Shown here: in pieces, positions 1 to 10,023 of the stretch
Layout of the letters: every line of letters starts with the position of its first letter
Numbering within the stretch: position 1 is the first letter of the stretch
Assembly (NCBI GenBank): GCA_963812635.1
Contig: CAWEVV010000007.1
Location: 54,950-118,949, forward strand
Origin: an uncultured Actinomycetota bacterium
GTDB taxonomy: Bacteria > Actinomycetota > Thermoleophilia > Solirubrobacterales > Solirubrobacteraceae
Length of the DNA: 64,000 nucleotides
Direction: 5' to 3'
Notes under the pieces: model-generated
What the model was told of the DNA's origin: nothing
Databases searched by the model: none
What the model saw: only the letters and a program-made list of their open reading frames with translations
Program-made: the position numbers and the translations under genes

Positions 1-569
1 ATCCGGTTCCGAGCGGCGTCACCCGACTGATCATCTCGGCGACCGGTGGCGGCGGCGGCGGGGGATCGTCCGAGGGCGGCGGCGCGGGAGGCGGTGGCGG
101 CGCCGGCGCAGCCGTCCGGGCACTCGTCGACGTCACCTCCGGGCAGGCGCTCACCGTGACAGTGGGGACGGGCGGTGCCGCAGGTAGCTCTTTCGGAGGG
201 GGCGCCGCGGGCGATGCGACCACCGTGACGACGAACGTCGGCGGCTCGACCACGCTCGTGTCGGCGGGCGGCGGGGGCGGCGGCGGCGGGGCCGGCAGCC
301 CCGCAACCGGTGGCACGGCGGGAGCCTTCACCACCACCGGCACCGCGCTGAGTGGGTCGATCGCGGCCGGGCAGGCCAGCAGCGTCCCGGACTGTGGGGA
401 TGGAAACCCGGGAGTGGGAGGCGGCGGCGGGGGCACGCCGGGCACGGCAGGATCAGGTGGCGCCGGAGGCTCGGGAACCTGCAATATCGCTGGCATTGGA
501 AGCAGCCAGCCCGGCACGGCGGGTCAAAACGGCGCGGTGGAGATCCTTCCGGTGACGTCCAACGGCTAG
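1..569 (+). CDS. glycine-rich domain protein, 5' end outside window
   Basis: Open frame from base 3: PVPSGVTRLIISATGGGGGGG...AVRALVDVTSGQALTVTVGTGGA...GQNGAVEI, the typical Gly-rich surface/tail-fibre-like domain pattern; stop TAG ends at 569. Confidence 0.75.
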   Translation, partial: PVPSGVTRLIISATGGGGGGGSSEGGGAGGGGGAGAAVRALVDVTSGQALTVTVGTGGAAGSSFGGGAAGDATTVTTNVGGSTTLVSAGGGGGGGGAGSPATGGTAGAFTTTGTALSGSIAAGQASSVPDCGDGNPGVGGGGGGTPGTAGSGGAGGSGTCNIAGIGSSQPGTAGQNGAVEILPVTSNG

Positions 570-1615
570 TCCCGGGTCGCCGCCAGGCGCTCGGGAGCGT
601 CGAACCGATCGAGCAGCCCGTCGTCGCCGAACCGGGTGATCGACTCGATCCCGTCGCCGCGGATCCCGACCACGAACAGTCCGGATCGGATCCAGCGCCC
701 GGCGTCATCGGGGAAGTAGTAGGCGAACGCCGGCTGACCGTTGGCCCCGGTCGCCTGGAAGCGCCACGGGCTCGTCCGGCTGGCGTGGCGAGCGCGCAGG
801 AACTCGCCGATCGCGTCCGGGCCCTGATGCCACTCGGGCTCCGGCGGCATGCTGACCACCGCGTCCGCGGTCAGCAGGGCGACGACGGTGTCGATGTCGT
901 CGCGCTGAAACGCCTCGGCGAACCGGTTGATCAGGTCGCTGTCGGCGCCGGAACGGGGCAGCGCGAGGCGCTCCCGGCGGGGCGGCAGCCGTTGCTCCAG
1001 CGTCGTCCGGGCGCGCTGCAGGGCGCTGTTGACCGACGCCGCCGACGTGCCGAGCATCTCCGCCACCTCGTCGGCGTGGAAGCCGAGCACGTCGCGGAGC
1101 ACGAGCACCGCCCGCTGGCGCGGGGCGAGGTGCTGCAGGCCGCTCACGAACGCGAGCGCCACCGTCTCCTTGGCCTCGTACCGGGCCTCGGGACCGGGCT
1201 CGGCGTCGATCAGCCCGGCGAGCAGCCGGTCGGGGTACGGCTGCAGCCAGGCGATCTCGGCATGGCTCTCCGCCGGATGGGGGCTAGCGCCGGTCGTGCC
1301 GGGCGCCGCTTGGGGGCGGCGCCCTGAGTCGCGGAGAGCATTGAGACAGCGGTTGGTGGCGATCGTGTACAGCCAGGCGCGCAGCGACGAGCGGCCCTCG
1401 AATTGCTCCAGCCCCCGCCACGCCGCCAGCAGGGTCTCCTGGAGCAGGTCCTCGGCGTCCTGGAGCGAGCCGACGATCCGGTAGCAGTGCAGCTGCAGCT
1501 CGCGGCCGTAGGGCTCGGTCAGCTGCGCGAACGCCTCCTCGTCTCCGCGCTGGGCGCGGGCCAGGCGGTTGTGCTCCAGACGTTCGCGTTGCCAGGTCAA
1601 TTCGGGTTCGTGCAT
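566..1615 (-). CDS. ECF RNA polymerase sigma factor, SigG-like, with C-terminal SnoaL-like domain
   Basis: HCYRIVGSLQDAEDLLQETLL, WLYTIATNRCL, WLQPYPD, region 4 LVLRDVLGF..SVNSALQRAR, C-terminal ANGQPAF. Confidence 0.92.
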   Translation of the reverse strand: MHEPELTWQRERLEHNRLARAQRGDEEAFAQLTEPYGRELQLHCYRIVGSLQDAEDLLQETLLAAWRGLEQFEGRSSLRAWLYTIATNRCLNALRDSGRRPQAAPGTTGASPHPAESHAEIAWLQPYPDRLLAGLIDAEPGPEARYEAKETVALAFVSGLQHLAPRQRAVLVLRDVLGFHADEVAEMLGTSAASVNSALQRARTTLEQRLPPRRERLALPRSGADSDLINRFAEAFQRDDIDTVVALLTADAVVSMPPEPEWHQGPDAIGEFLRARHASRTSPWRFQATGANGQPAFAYYFPDDAGRWIRSGLFVVGIRGDGIESITRFGDDGLLDRFDAPERLAATRD

Positions 1616-1620
1616 TCAGT

Positions 1621-1653
1621 GAAGACGACACCAAGCCTCTCAGAAACTCATCG
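1621..1653 (-). promoter_or_regulatory. putative SigG-type autoregulatory promoter
   Basis: Minus strand CGATGA-N18-GTCGTCTTC immediately upstream of the sigma factor ATG (1615); resembles the reported M. tuberculosis SigG consensus CGATGA-N18-GTC. Confidence 0.55.
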
Positions 1654-1712
1654 GCCAATTCGGGCGCGGCCCCGGGTCATGACCAGCAGTGATCGCAACG
1701 ACTGGAGGAATC

Positions 1713-3143
1713 GTGGGAACCAAATCGGAACGATGGGTGCTGGTGCTGAGCTCGGTGGCGTCGCTGATGGTGGCGCTCGACGCCCTGGTCGTCACGACCG
1801 CGCTGGGCACGATTCGCCGGCATCTCGGCGCCTCGATCGACGAGCTGGAGTGGATCGTCAATGCCTACGGGCTGAGCTTCGCGGTGCTGCTGATCCCGGC
1901 CGCTGCGCTCGGTGATCGGCTCGGTCGCCGGCGGCTGTTCGCGGCGGGACTGGGATTGTTCGTGATCGGCTCGGCGGCGTGCGCGGTGTCGCCCAACGCC
2001 GGGCTGCTGATCGCGGCCCGGGCGCTGCAGGGCTCGGCGGCGGCGCTGGTGGCCCCACTGTCACTGGCGCTGCTGAGCGCGGCGATCCCGCCGGCACGGC
2101 GGGGTCAGGCGATGGGCATCTTCGGCGGCATCACCGGGATCGCGGTCCTCGGTGGCCCAGTGATCGGCGGCGCCGTCACCCAGGGGCTGGCCTGGCAGTG
2201 GGTGTTCTGGATCAACGTGCCGATCGGCCTGGCGACGATCCCGCTGGTGCTGACCAAGGTGGCCGAGAGCTACGGACCACGCGCGCGGCTCGACGTTCCC
2301 GGCCTGGTGCTGGTCACCGGCGCCGCGGTGGGGATCGTGTGGGGGCTGATGCGCGGCAACGATGTCGGCTGGGGGAGCCCGCAGGTGGTCGGGCCGCTGG
2401 CCGCCGGGGTGGCGCTGCTGGCCGCGTTCGTGGCCGTGCAACGGCGCGTCGCGGAGCCGATGCTGCCGCCACGGTTGTTCGGATCCCGGGGCTTCTCCGC
2501 CGGGAGCGCGGCCAACTTCCTGCTCTCCTGCTCGCTGTTCGGGGCGGTGTTCTTCATGGCCCAGTTCCAGCAGACCGCGCTCGGCCAGGACCCGCTCGAT
2601 TCCGGGCTGCGCCTGCTGCCATGGACCGCGACGCTGTTCTTCGTCGCGCCGGTGGCCGGTGCATTTGTCGCGCGGGTCGGCGAGCGCAAGCTGGTGGCGG
2701 TCGGCCTGACGCTGCAGGGGGTGGGCATGGCGTGGATCGCGCTGATCGCCGCGCCCGGCATGACCTACTGGCACATGATCCCGCCGCTGGTGATCGCCGG
2801 CGCGGGAATCTCGATGGCGATCCCGAGCGTCCAGAACGCGGTGATCAACGCGGTCGCGCCCGGCGACCTCGGCAAGGCGTCGGGGACGTTCATGACGATG
2901 CGCCAGCTCGGCGGCGTATTCGGGCTGGCGATCGCGGCGGCGGTGTTCAGCGGCGCCGGAAGCTATGCGTCTGCGAGCGCGTTTGGCGACGGCTTCGTGC
3001 CGGCGATCGCGGTCTCGGCCGGGTTCTCGCTGGCCGGGGCGGCGGTGTCGCTGGCCCTGCCGCAGCGGTCGGCTAGTCCAGCCGAATCGGCGCCGCGGCC
3101 CGAGCCGATGGCCGAGCCCCTGCCGGCGCCACTCGCCTCGTAA
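1713..3143 (+). CDS. DHA2 (EmrB/QacA) family 14-TM MFS transporter
   Basis: MVALDALVV, WIVNAYGL, GDRLGRRR, WVFWINVPIG; GGAGG RBS before GTG at 1713. Confidence 0.93.
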   Translation: MGTKSERWVLVLSSVASLMVALDALVVTTALGTIRRHLGASIDELEWIVNAYGLSFAVLLIPAAALGDRLGRRRLFAAGLGLFVIGSAACAVSPNAGLLIAARALQGSAAALVAPLSLALLSAAIPPARRGQAMGIFGGITGIAVLGGPVIGGAVTQGLAWQWVFWINVPIGLATIPLVLTKVAESYGPRARLDVPGLVLVTGAAVGIVWGLMRGNDVGWGSPQVVGPLAAGVALLAAFVAVQRRVAEPMLPPRLFGSRGFSAGSAANFLLSCSLFGAVFFMAQFQQTALGQDPLDSGLRLLPWTATLFFVAPVAGAFVARVGERKLVAVGLTLQGVGMAWIALIAAPGMTYWHMIPPLVIAGAGISMAIPSVQNAVINAVAPGDLGKASGTFMTMRQLGGVFGLAIAAAVFSGAGSYASASAFGDGFVPAIAVSAGFSLAGAAVSLALPQRSASPAESAPRPEPMAEPLPAPLAS

Positions 3144-3160
3144 TCCCGGGATCCGGGGTC

Positions 3161-3207
3161 GCAAGCGTCCTCTGGCCGGCGACTTCCACGGCCAGACGGA
3201 CGTTTGC
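3161..3207. terminator. long imperfect hairpin between convergent genes
   Basis: GCAAGCGTCCTCTGGCCG-loop-CGGCCAGACGGACGTTTGC. Confidence 0.5.
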
Positions 3208-3311
3208 GTCACCTGCCTGGTCGCCGGCGGGGCCGACTCGGTCGCGAAGTCCGGCGTCGCGGCGCACCGAGCCCGACTCATCGCTCGGCCGCCGGGACGC
3301 CCGCGGAGACT

Positions 3312-4016
<705 letters not shown>

Positions 4017-4031
4017 CGTCGCGCCTCGGTG

Positions 4032-4886
4032 CTATGCCTCGGCGAGCGCTTCGGGATCGCGGCCGAGGTAGGCCTCGACGACCGCCGGGTGGTTGGCCAC
4101 TTGGTGGAAGGTGCCCTCGGTGACCTTGACCCCGTGGTCGAGCGCGACGACGCGATCGGAGATCCCCTCGACCACGTGCATGTCGTGCTCGATCACCAGG
4201 ATCGCCAGCGACAGCTCGTCGCGCAGCCGGCCGATCAGCTCGGTCACCTCGTGGGTCTCTGAGGGGTTCATTCCGGCCGCGGGCTCGTCGAGCAGCAGCA
4301 GCTTGGGCCGGGTGGCGAGCGCCCGGGCGATCTCCAGCCGGCGCCGGTTGGCGTAGGACAGGCTGTAGGCGGGCTGATCCCAGCGATACCCGGCGAGGCG
4401 ATCGCCGAAGAACGACAGCACCTCCGCGGTCAACGCGTCGACCTCGCGCTGCTCGCGCCGGGCCCGCGGCAGGCGCAGCATCGACTCCACCGGGGTGGCA
4501 TGGGTCGCGCCGTAGGTGGCCGCCATCACGTTCTCCCGCACCGTCATGTTCAAGAACAGGCGCAGGCTCTGAAACGTGCGGGCGATGCCGGCCTGGGTGA
4601 TCTTGTGCCGCCGGCGCCCGACGATGGTCTGCCCGGCGAAGCGGATGTCGCCCTCACTGGGCGAGTAGACGCCGGTGATTGCGTTGAACACGGTGGTCTT
4701 ACCGGCCCCGTTGGGCCCAATCACCGAGACGATCTCCGTCGGGCCCACCTGCAGGTCAAGCGCCGACAGCGCCCGGAGCCCACCGAAGTGGATCGCCACC
4801 TGGCTCAGGTCAAGCAGCGCCCCGCCGCCATCCGGCTCGCCGCCGCTCGCCGCTACACCACCATCCGGCTCGCCGCCGCTCGCCAC
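4032..4886 (-). CDS. livG: branched-chain amino acid-type ABC transporter ATP-binding protein
   Basis: FGGLRAL, GPNGAGKTT, ARTFQ, DEPAAG, IEHDM; GTG start overlaps the livM stop. Confidence 0.9.
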   Translation of the reverse strand: MASGGEPDGGVAASGGEPDGGGALLDLSQVAIHFGGLRALSALDLQVGPTEIVSVIGPNGAGKTTVFNAITGVYSPSEGDIRFAGQTIVGRRRHKITQAGIARTFQSLRLFLNMTVRENVMAATYGATHATPVESMLRLPRARREQREVDALTAEVLSFFGDRLAGYRWDQPAYSLSYANRRRLEIARALATRPKLLLLDEPAAGMNPSETHEVTELIGRLRDELSLAILVIEHDMHVVEGISDRVVALDHGVKVTEGTFHQVANHPAVVEAYLGRDPEALAEA

Positions 4887-4893
4887 TACACCA
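4828..4893. repeat. 33-bp tandem duplication of the livM/livG junction
   Basis: CCATCCGGCTCGCCGCCGCTCGCCRCTACACCA twice, one mismatch. Confidence 0.9.
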
Positions 4894-6304
4894 CCTCCAC
4901 CCGCAGCGTCCCGAGCAGACCCTGCGGCCGCGCCGCCATCACCGCGATCAGGATCGCGCCAACCAGGATCTGCGCGGTGATCGACGGGTTGACGACCAGC
5001 CGTGACTCCCAGCAACAGGCGGCGACGTACAGGGTCGGCACGAGCAGGAACGGGCGCCGGCTGGGCCGGACGCGGACGAGCGCGAACAACGCGCAGATCA
5101 ACACGATGTAGAGGACGTTGCCGTAGGTCGCCGCATCGCGGGGGACGATCACCCAGTGGCTGACCACCGAGCCGATCCACCCGCCGCTGCCCGCACTGCC
5201 GCCGGTCGCCGAGGCCGAGATCGCTCCCACGATCGCGTGTAAGGCGACACCCAGCACCACCGTGGAGGCGAGGATCGCGCCCAGCAGGCGCCAGGGCCGT
5301 ACCTTGACGATCAGCGAGACCAGAATCAGCCCGTAGAACAGATAGCCGGCATCGGTGGGGCTGGACACCATCTGCTCGCCGGCGGTGACCACGATCCCGC
5401 CGAGCACCGCGCCGGCGATCGATCCAGCGCCACCGAGCACCAGGCAGGCGTAGATCAGGATCAGGATGTTGGCGGTGAAGTTGGTCGGGAACACGTTGTC
5501 CTGCTGGGCGGCGAAGATCGTTCCCGCCAGCGCTCCGATCATCGTCCCGAAGCTGATCGCCATCACCTTCAGCGTCGCCGTCGGAATGGTCATCGCCCCC
5601 GCGGCGAGCTCGTCCTCGCGGATCGCCCGCCAGGCGCGGCCCGTCCGCGAGTGGTCCAGTAGGTGCAGCAGCGCCATCAGCGCGGCGCAGACGAGCAGGG
5701 CGAAGTAGTAGTAACCGATCGGGGTGACGATCGTGCCGCCGAAGCTGTGCACCGGGTCGAGTCCGTAGATGCCGTTGACGCCGCCGAGCGTCCCGGTGTC
5801 GACGTTGTTGGCCACCTCGACGAACGCCTGCCCCACGAACAGGGTCACGATGGCCAGGTAATCGCCCGACACCCGCAGCGATACGAGCCCGATCAGAGCC
5901 CCCGCGATCGCGGCGGCGACGAGGACGATCGGGATCGACGCGATCGCCGGCAGATGGGTGCCCCCCACCCCGCCGGTACCGAGCGCGGTGGAGGACAGCA
6001 GCGCGTAGCCATAGGCGCCGAAGCCGTAGGCGGCCACGTAGCCGAGGTCCAGCAGGCCGGCCCAGCCGACGGCGATGTTGAGACCGAGCGCCAGGATCGC
6101 GTAGATGAGACAGTTGACGGCGACCGTCTGGAGGTTCACGTTCAGCCCCAGCTGGCCGAAGATCAGCCCGGCGAGCAGGGCCAGGCCCAGGCGCGGCCAC
6201 CAGCCGAGACGTTGCTCAACGATGGCGGCTCCGCGGCGCCAGCCGGTGCCGGCATCGCGCCGGTCGCTGTGCTGGGCGACCCACTCATCGACTCCGATCG
6301 GCAC
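4886..6304 (-). CDS. livM: branched-chain amino acid-type ABC transporter permease, C-terminally extended
   Basis: GLNIAVGWAGLLDLGY, GDYLAIVTL, GRAWRAIREDE, RPQGLLG. Confidence 0.9.
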   Translation of the reverse strand: MPIGVDEWVAQHSDRRDAGTGWRRGAAIVEQRLGWWPRLGLALLAGLIFGQLGLNVNLQTVAVNCLIYAILALGLNIAVGWAGLLDLGYVAAYGFGAYGYALLSSTALGTGGVGGTHLPAIASIPIVLVAAAIAGALIGLVSLRVSGDYLAIVTLFVGQAFVEVANNVDTGTLGGVNGIYGLDPVHSFGGTIVTPIGYYYFALLVCAALMALLHLLDHSRTGRAWRAIREDELAAGAMTIPTATLKVMAISFGTMIGALAGTIFAAQQDNVFPTNFTANILILIYACLVLGGAGSIAGAVLGGIVVTAGEQMVSSPTDAGYLFYGLILVSLIVKVRPWRLLGAILASTVVLGVALHAIVGAISASATGGSAGSGGWIGSVVSHWVIVPRDAATYGNVLYIVLICALFALVRVRPSRRPFLLVPTLYVAACCWESRLVVNPSITAQILVGAILIAVMAARPQGLLGTLRVEVV

Positions 6305-6307
6305 CGG

Positions 6308-7225
6308 CTACACCTTCTGCAGGGCCGGCGCGCCGAAGATGCCGGTGGGCCGGATGAGCATGGTCGCGATCAGGATCCCGAACACGATCAGGTCGGTGAA
6401 CTGGCTCGAGATGTAGCTGGACGCGAACGACTCGCAGATCCCGATGAACAGCCCGCCGACCATGGCCCCCGGGATGCTGCCGATTCCGCCGACGACGGCG
6501 GCGGTGAACGCCTTGAGCCCGGCGAGGAATCCGATCGTATTGGAGATCTGGTTGAACGCCAGCCCCGACATGACCCCGGCGACGCCGGCCAGCGCCGAGC
6601 CGATGAAGAACGTCCAGGCGATCGTCCGATCGACGTTGATGCCGAGCATCTCGGCGGCCTCGCGGTCAGACGCGACCGCCCGCATCGACTTGCCCAGCGT
6701 GGTGCGGTCGACGAGCACCATCAGGCCCCACATCATCAGGATGCTGACTCCGAAGATCAGCAGTTGGACGGCGTCGATGTCCACCGCCCCCACATGGATG
6801 CCGGTGGAGAACGAGATGAAGCTGGACGTCTGATAGCTCTTGGTGAAGCCGCCGAACAGCAGCAGTACCGAGTTCTCGAGAATGAACGAGACGCCGAGCG
6901 CGGTGATCAGGGGCGCGATTCGCGGCGCGTCGCGCAGCGGCCGGTAGGCGAAGCGCTCGATCAGCACCCCGAGCACCCCCGTGCCCAGGGCCGCGGCCGC
7001 GAACATGAACAGGATCAGCAGCGGGACCGGGATCGACAGCGCCGTCGGGCCGCCGAAGCCCTGCAGCACGTAGTAGCCGATGTACGCCCCGACCATGTAC
7101 ACGTCGCCGTGGGCGAAGTTCAGCAGCTTGAGGATCCCGTAGACCATCGAGTAGCCGAGCGCGATCAGGGCGTAGAGAAACCCGGTGGTCAGCCCATTGA
7201 CGATCGTCTGGATCAGCTCGTGCAT
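6308..7225 (-). CDS. livH: branched-chain amino acid-type ABC transporter permease
   Basis: ALGYSMVYGILKLLNFAHGD, KAFTAAVVGGIG, RPTGIFG. Confidence 0.93.
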   Translation of the reverse strand: MHELIQTIVNGLTTGFLYALIALGYSMVYGILKLLNFAHGDVYMVGAYIGYYVLQGFGGPTALSIPVPLLILFMFAAAALGTGVLGVLIERFAYRPLRDAPRIAPLITALGVSFILENSVLLLFGGFTKSYQTSSFISFSTGIHVGAVDIDAVQLLIFGVSILMMWGLMVLVDRTTLGKSMRAVASDREAAEMLGINVDRTIAWTFFIGSALAGVAGVMSGLAFNQISNTIGFLAGLKAFTAAVVGGIGSIPGAMVGGLFIGICESFASSYISSQFTDLIVFGILIATMLIRPTGIFGAPALQKV

Positions 7226-7260
7226 CGCGAAGTAATGGTCTAACGGGAGGGAACGTGCAG

Positions 7261-7290
7261 CGGCGCCGCCCGACGAACCGAGCGGCGCCG
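7261..7290. terminator. intra-operon hairpin downstream of the substrate-binding gene
   Basis: CGGCGCCGC-N12-GCGGCGCCG between livK and livH. Confidence 0.4.
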
Positions 7291-7307
7291 CCGGCTATTG
7301 ACGTGAC

Positions 7308-8516
7308 CTACTTGTTCGGGATCTCGACGTACTTGCCGCCGCTGGTGATCTTGAACAGGTAGCCCGGCTCGCCGGTCAGATTGCCGTTCTTCTGGAACGA
7401 GATCGGCACTCCCAGCGGGTTCTGGTTTGCCGGGATGTTGGTCTTGCGGATCGCCGCCAGCACGTTGGAACGGCTCGGCGTCTGGCCTGACTTGCAGACC
7501 GACTGGATGGCGCCCATCTCGACCTGGACGGCCGCGTACGTCGGCACGCCGAACGAGCCGTATGGGCCGAACTTCGCCACTCCGGCGACCAGCGACTTGT
7601 CCAGCGAGCTCTTCGACGTGGAGATGTCGGGACCGAAGGCCGAAACGAACGACCCTGGGATCTTGAACTGCGTCGGGGAGTTGGTGCCGTCGGTGCCGAC
7701 CAGGATCGTCTTCTTGTGCTGCTGCTGGGCGTCGAGCCCGAACTGCTGGGCGTTGGCCGCGGTCTGCCACGGCACGATCGTCACCGTCTCGGACGGGTTC
7801 AGCTGCGACGTGACCAGCGACTGCAGCGCGTTGGCCAGCGTCGCCCCGGTGTCGGTGCCGTTGTAGGTCTGGTGGTTGACCTTGATCCCCGCCTTCTGCA
7901 GGACCGGGATCATCACCTTGACCAGGCCCTGGGAGTACGCCTCGTCGTCGTCGATGATCAGGACCGCCTTGGGGTGCATGTGCTTGATCACGTAGTTGGC
8001 GTCCTGCGGGCCCTGAACGTTGTCATCGGGAACGACCCGCAGGAAGGTCGGGTTGGCGCCGCTCGTGGTCAGCGCGGGCAGCGTCGCCGATCCCGAGATG
8101 AACGCCATCCCGGCGCGGCCGAACAGCGGCCCCACGGCCTGTACCTCCTGGCTGCCCGCGGGTCCCACCGCGGCCACCGCCTTGGAGGCGATGATCGCCT
8201 GGGTCTTCTGAGTGGCGATCGACGGCGTCAGCTGGGTGTCATTCTGGGCCAGCGTGACCTTGAGGTCCAACGACTTGTTGTAGTTGGCGACCGCCAGCTG
8301 CGCGAAGTGCAGCTGCTCGAGTCCGACCTGGGCGACGGGACCGGTGAACGGCCCCTCGATGGCGATCGATGCACTGCAGGTCTTGCCCGAGCCGCCGCCC
8401 GATGCTGCGGCCTTGGTGGAGCCGCCGCTCGAGCTGCTGCTGGAGCTGCTGCTCCCACAGCCGGCCGCGATCAGCGCCGTCAGCGCCACCGCAGCCAGGG
8501 TCAAACGTACCTTCAT
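7308..8516 (-). CDS. livK: LIV-family ABC transporter substrate-binding lipoprotein
   Basis: Lipobox IAAGC then Ser linker; AVGPAGS, RVVPDDNVQG, YSQGL; GAGGAG RBS. Confidence 0.88.
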   Translation of the reverse strand: MKVRLTLAAVALTALIAAGCGSSSSSSSSSGGSTKAAASGGGSGKTCSASIAIEGPFTGPVAQVGLEQLHFAQLAVANYNKSLDLKVTLAQNDTQLTPSIATQKTQAIIASKAVAAVGPAGSQEVQAVGPLFGRAGMAFISGSATLPALTTSGANPTFLRVVPDDNVQGPQDANYVIKHMHPKAVLIIDDDEAYSQGLVKVMIPVLQKAGIKVNHQTYNGTDTGATLANALQSLVTSQLNPSETVTIVPWQTAANAQQFGLDAQQQHKKTILVGTDGTNSPTQFKIPGSFVSAFGPDISTSKSSLDKSLVAGVAKFGPYGSFGVPTYAAVQVEMGAIQSVCKSGQTPSRSNVLAAIRKTNIPANQNPLGVPISFQKNGNLTGEPGYLFKITSGGKYVEIPNK

Positions 8517-9307
8517 GGTCGTAACTCCTCCTCTGGAGTGGGTCCTGGTTGCCGGTTGGATCCAGGGTTGGCGGGCCCGGTCTGGGCCGGGGTTCCATCC
8601 GGGTAATAAGCGGCCGCCGGCGACCCCGGCGGCCGGAACACGGCGACCACGCGCATCGGGTGATCGCTCGTGTTCTGCAGGCAGTGAACGGTGCGTGCCG
8701 GGAGCTGGATGCAGGCTCCGGGCGACACGGCGCCGGCGAAGTCGCCGGCGTGCATGATCCCTTCGCCGTCGAGCACGTAGATCACCTCGTCGTAGGTGTG
8801 AAAGTGATCGGGGGCGCGATCGGACGGGATATAGCCGACGAAATGGGTCGCCGAGCGCAGGCCGGTGCCGGGATCGGCGACGATCCTGAACTCACGCTGG
8901 GCGGTGGCCGCCTCCGGCTCCCGGTCATCCAACCGCGCCACCGAGGCTGGGCGGGGCGCGCCGGGCTCGGGTTCGGGCACCTTGACCGCCACCGCTCGCA
9001 GCGGCACCGGGCCGGTGCTCTCCAGCACGAACTCGGATTCGGGCGGGAGATAGATCCCGACCTCGGGGGCCAACCGGTGAGCCTCGCCACCGACGTGGAT
9101 CGCGCCCTCGCCGCTGAGCACGAACAGCGTCTCCTCGGCCTCGCCCACGGCGATCGGCGCCGACCGCCCCGGGGGGCACTCCAGCACCGCCTGCTCCAGG
9201 CGCTCGAAGTCCGTTCCCGGTCCGACCGTGGGGCGCACGGTGAGGCCCGTCCGCGGATTCACGAACGGCTCCACCTCATTGGTGTGCACGACGGTCACGG
9301 CCGGCAT
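8513..9307 (-). CDS. bicupin domain protein
   Basis: Two cupin motifs: EETLFVLSGEG and HFHTYDEVIYVLDGEG...PARTVHCLQN; stop overlaps livK start. Confidence 0.82.
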   Translation of the reverse strand: MPAVTVVHTNEVEPFVNPRTGLTVRPTVGPGTDFERLEQAVLECPPGRSAPIAVGEAEETLFVLSGEGAIHVGGEAHRLAPEVGIYLPPESEFVLESTGPVPLRAVAVKVPEPEPGAPRPASVARLDDREPEAATAQREFRIVADPGTGLRSATHFVGYIPSDRAPDHFHTYDEVIYVLDGEGIMHAGDFAGAVSPGACIQLPARTVHCLQNTSDHPMRVVAVFRPPGSPAAAYYPDGTPAQTGPANPGSNRQPGPTPEEELRP

Positions 9308-9411
9308 CGATGGCTCCGGATGGGGCGGGCGGGCTTCACTGGCGTACGGCAGCGAACCCGAGCGCGTCCCGGCTCGGGATCGCGCACCTTCGCACATTCG
9401 AGCGACCGGGG

Positions 9412-9873
9412 TCAATCACCTTCATGCCCCGCGGGGATTTGCAAGCTCGCTTGAACGGTGATCTCGGTGCCGGCGAGGGCCAGCGAGACCGGACAGGTGG
9501 CCTTGGCCGTCTCGGCCAGGGCGACGAACCGCTCCTCGTCGATCCCGGGAACGTCGCCGGTCGTCGCCAGCGAGATCCGGGTGATCCGGAAGCCCTCATC
9601 CGTCTCCTCGAGGCGGACGCGGGCGGTCGTCTGCAGGTCCGTGGGCGGCGCGCCGGCGTCGCTGAGCAGGTTGGCCAGCGACATGGTGAAGCAGCCGGCC
9701 TGAGCGGCGGCGATCATCTCCTCCGGGTTGGTCCCCCGCTCGACGTCCTCCACCCGGTTGCGCAGCGTGAACGCTCCCTCGTAGGCGCCGCTGCCGAGCG
9801 CGATTCGCCCTCCTCCCTCCGGCACGGTACCTTGCCAACTTGCCTGGGCGCTGCGGCTGACGCGAACACTCAA
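9412..9873 (-). CDS. osmC: OsmC family peroxiredoxin
   Basis: GTNPEEMIAAAQAGCFTMSL and AKATCPVS conserved Cys motifs; TTG start after GAGGGG. Confidence 0.88.
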   Translation of the reverse strand: MSVRVSRSAQASWQGTVPEGGGRIALGSGAYEGAFTLRNRVEDVERGTNPEEMIAAAQAGCFTMSLANLLSDAGAPPTDLQTTARVRLEETDEGFRITRISLATTGDVPGIDEERFVALAETAKATCPVSLALAGTEITVQASLQIPAGHEGD

Positions 9874-9896
9874 GTGCGAAACCCCCTCAGTCCGAT

Positions 9897-9923
9897 TTTG
9901 TATGACGATCAAACCATTGTCAT
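9897..9923. promoter_or_regulatory. putative operator in divergent promoter region
   Basis: AT-rich TTTGTATGAC and imperfect inverted repeat ATGACGAT-N6-ATTGTCAT. Confidence 0.35.
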
Positions 9924-10023
9924 CTGAGCTGCGCAAGCGGGAGGTGTCGTGGGGCGGCCATCCGGGGCGGCCGCGTGCCGCTGCCCGAGCCGATCAGGAA
10001 CCACCCAGACCAAGGAGCCGCCG

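Noticed and set aside
4032-6200. 722-aa ORF as a permease-ATPase fusion
   Set aside because: The upstream part is an off-frame shadow of livM; LivG motifs begin only after 4886
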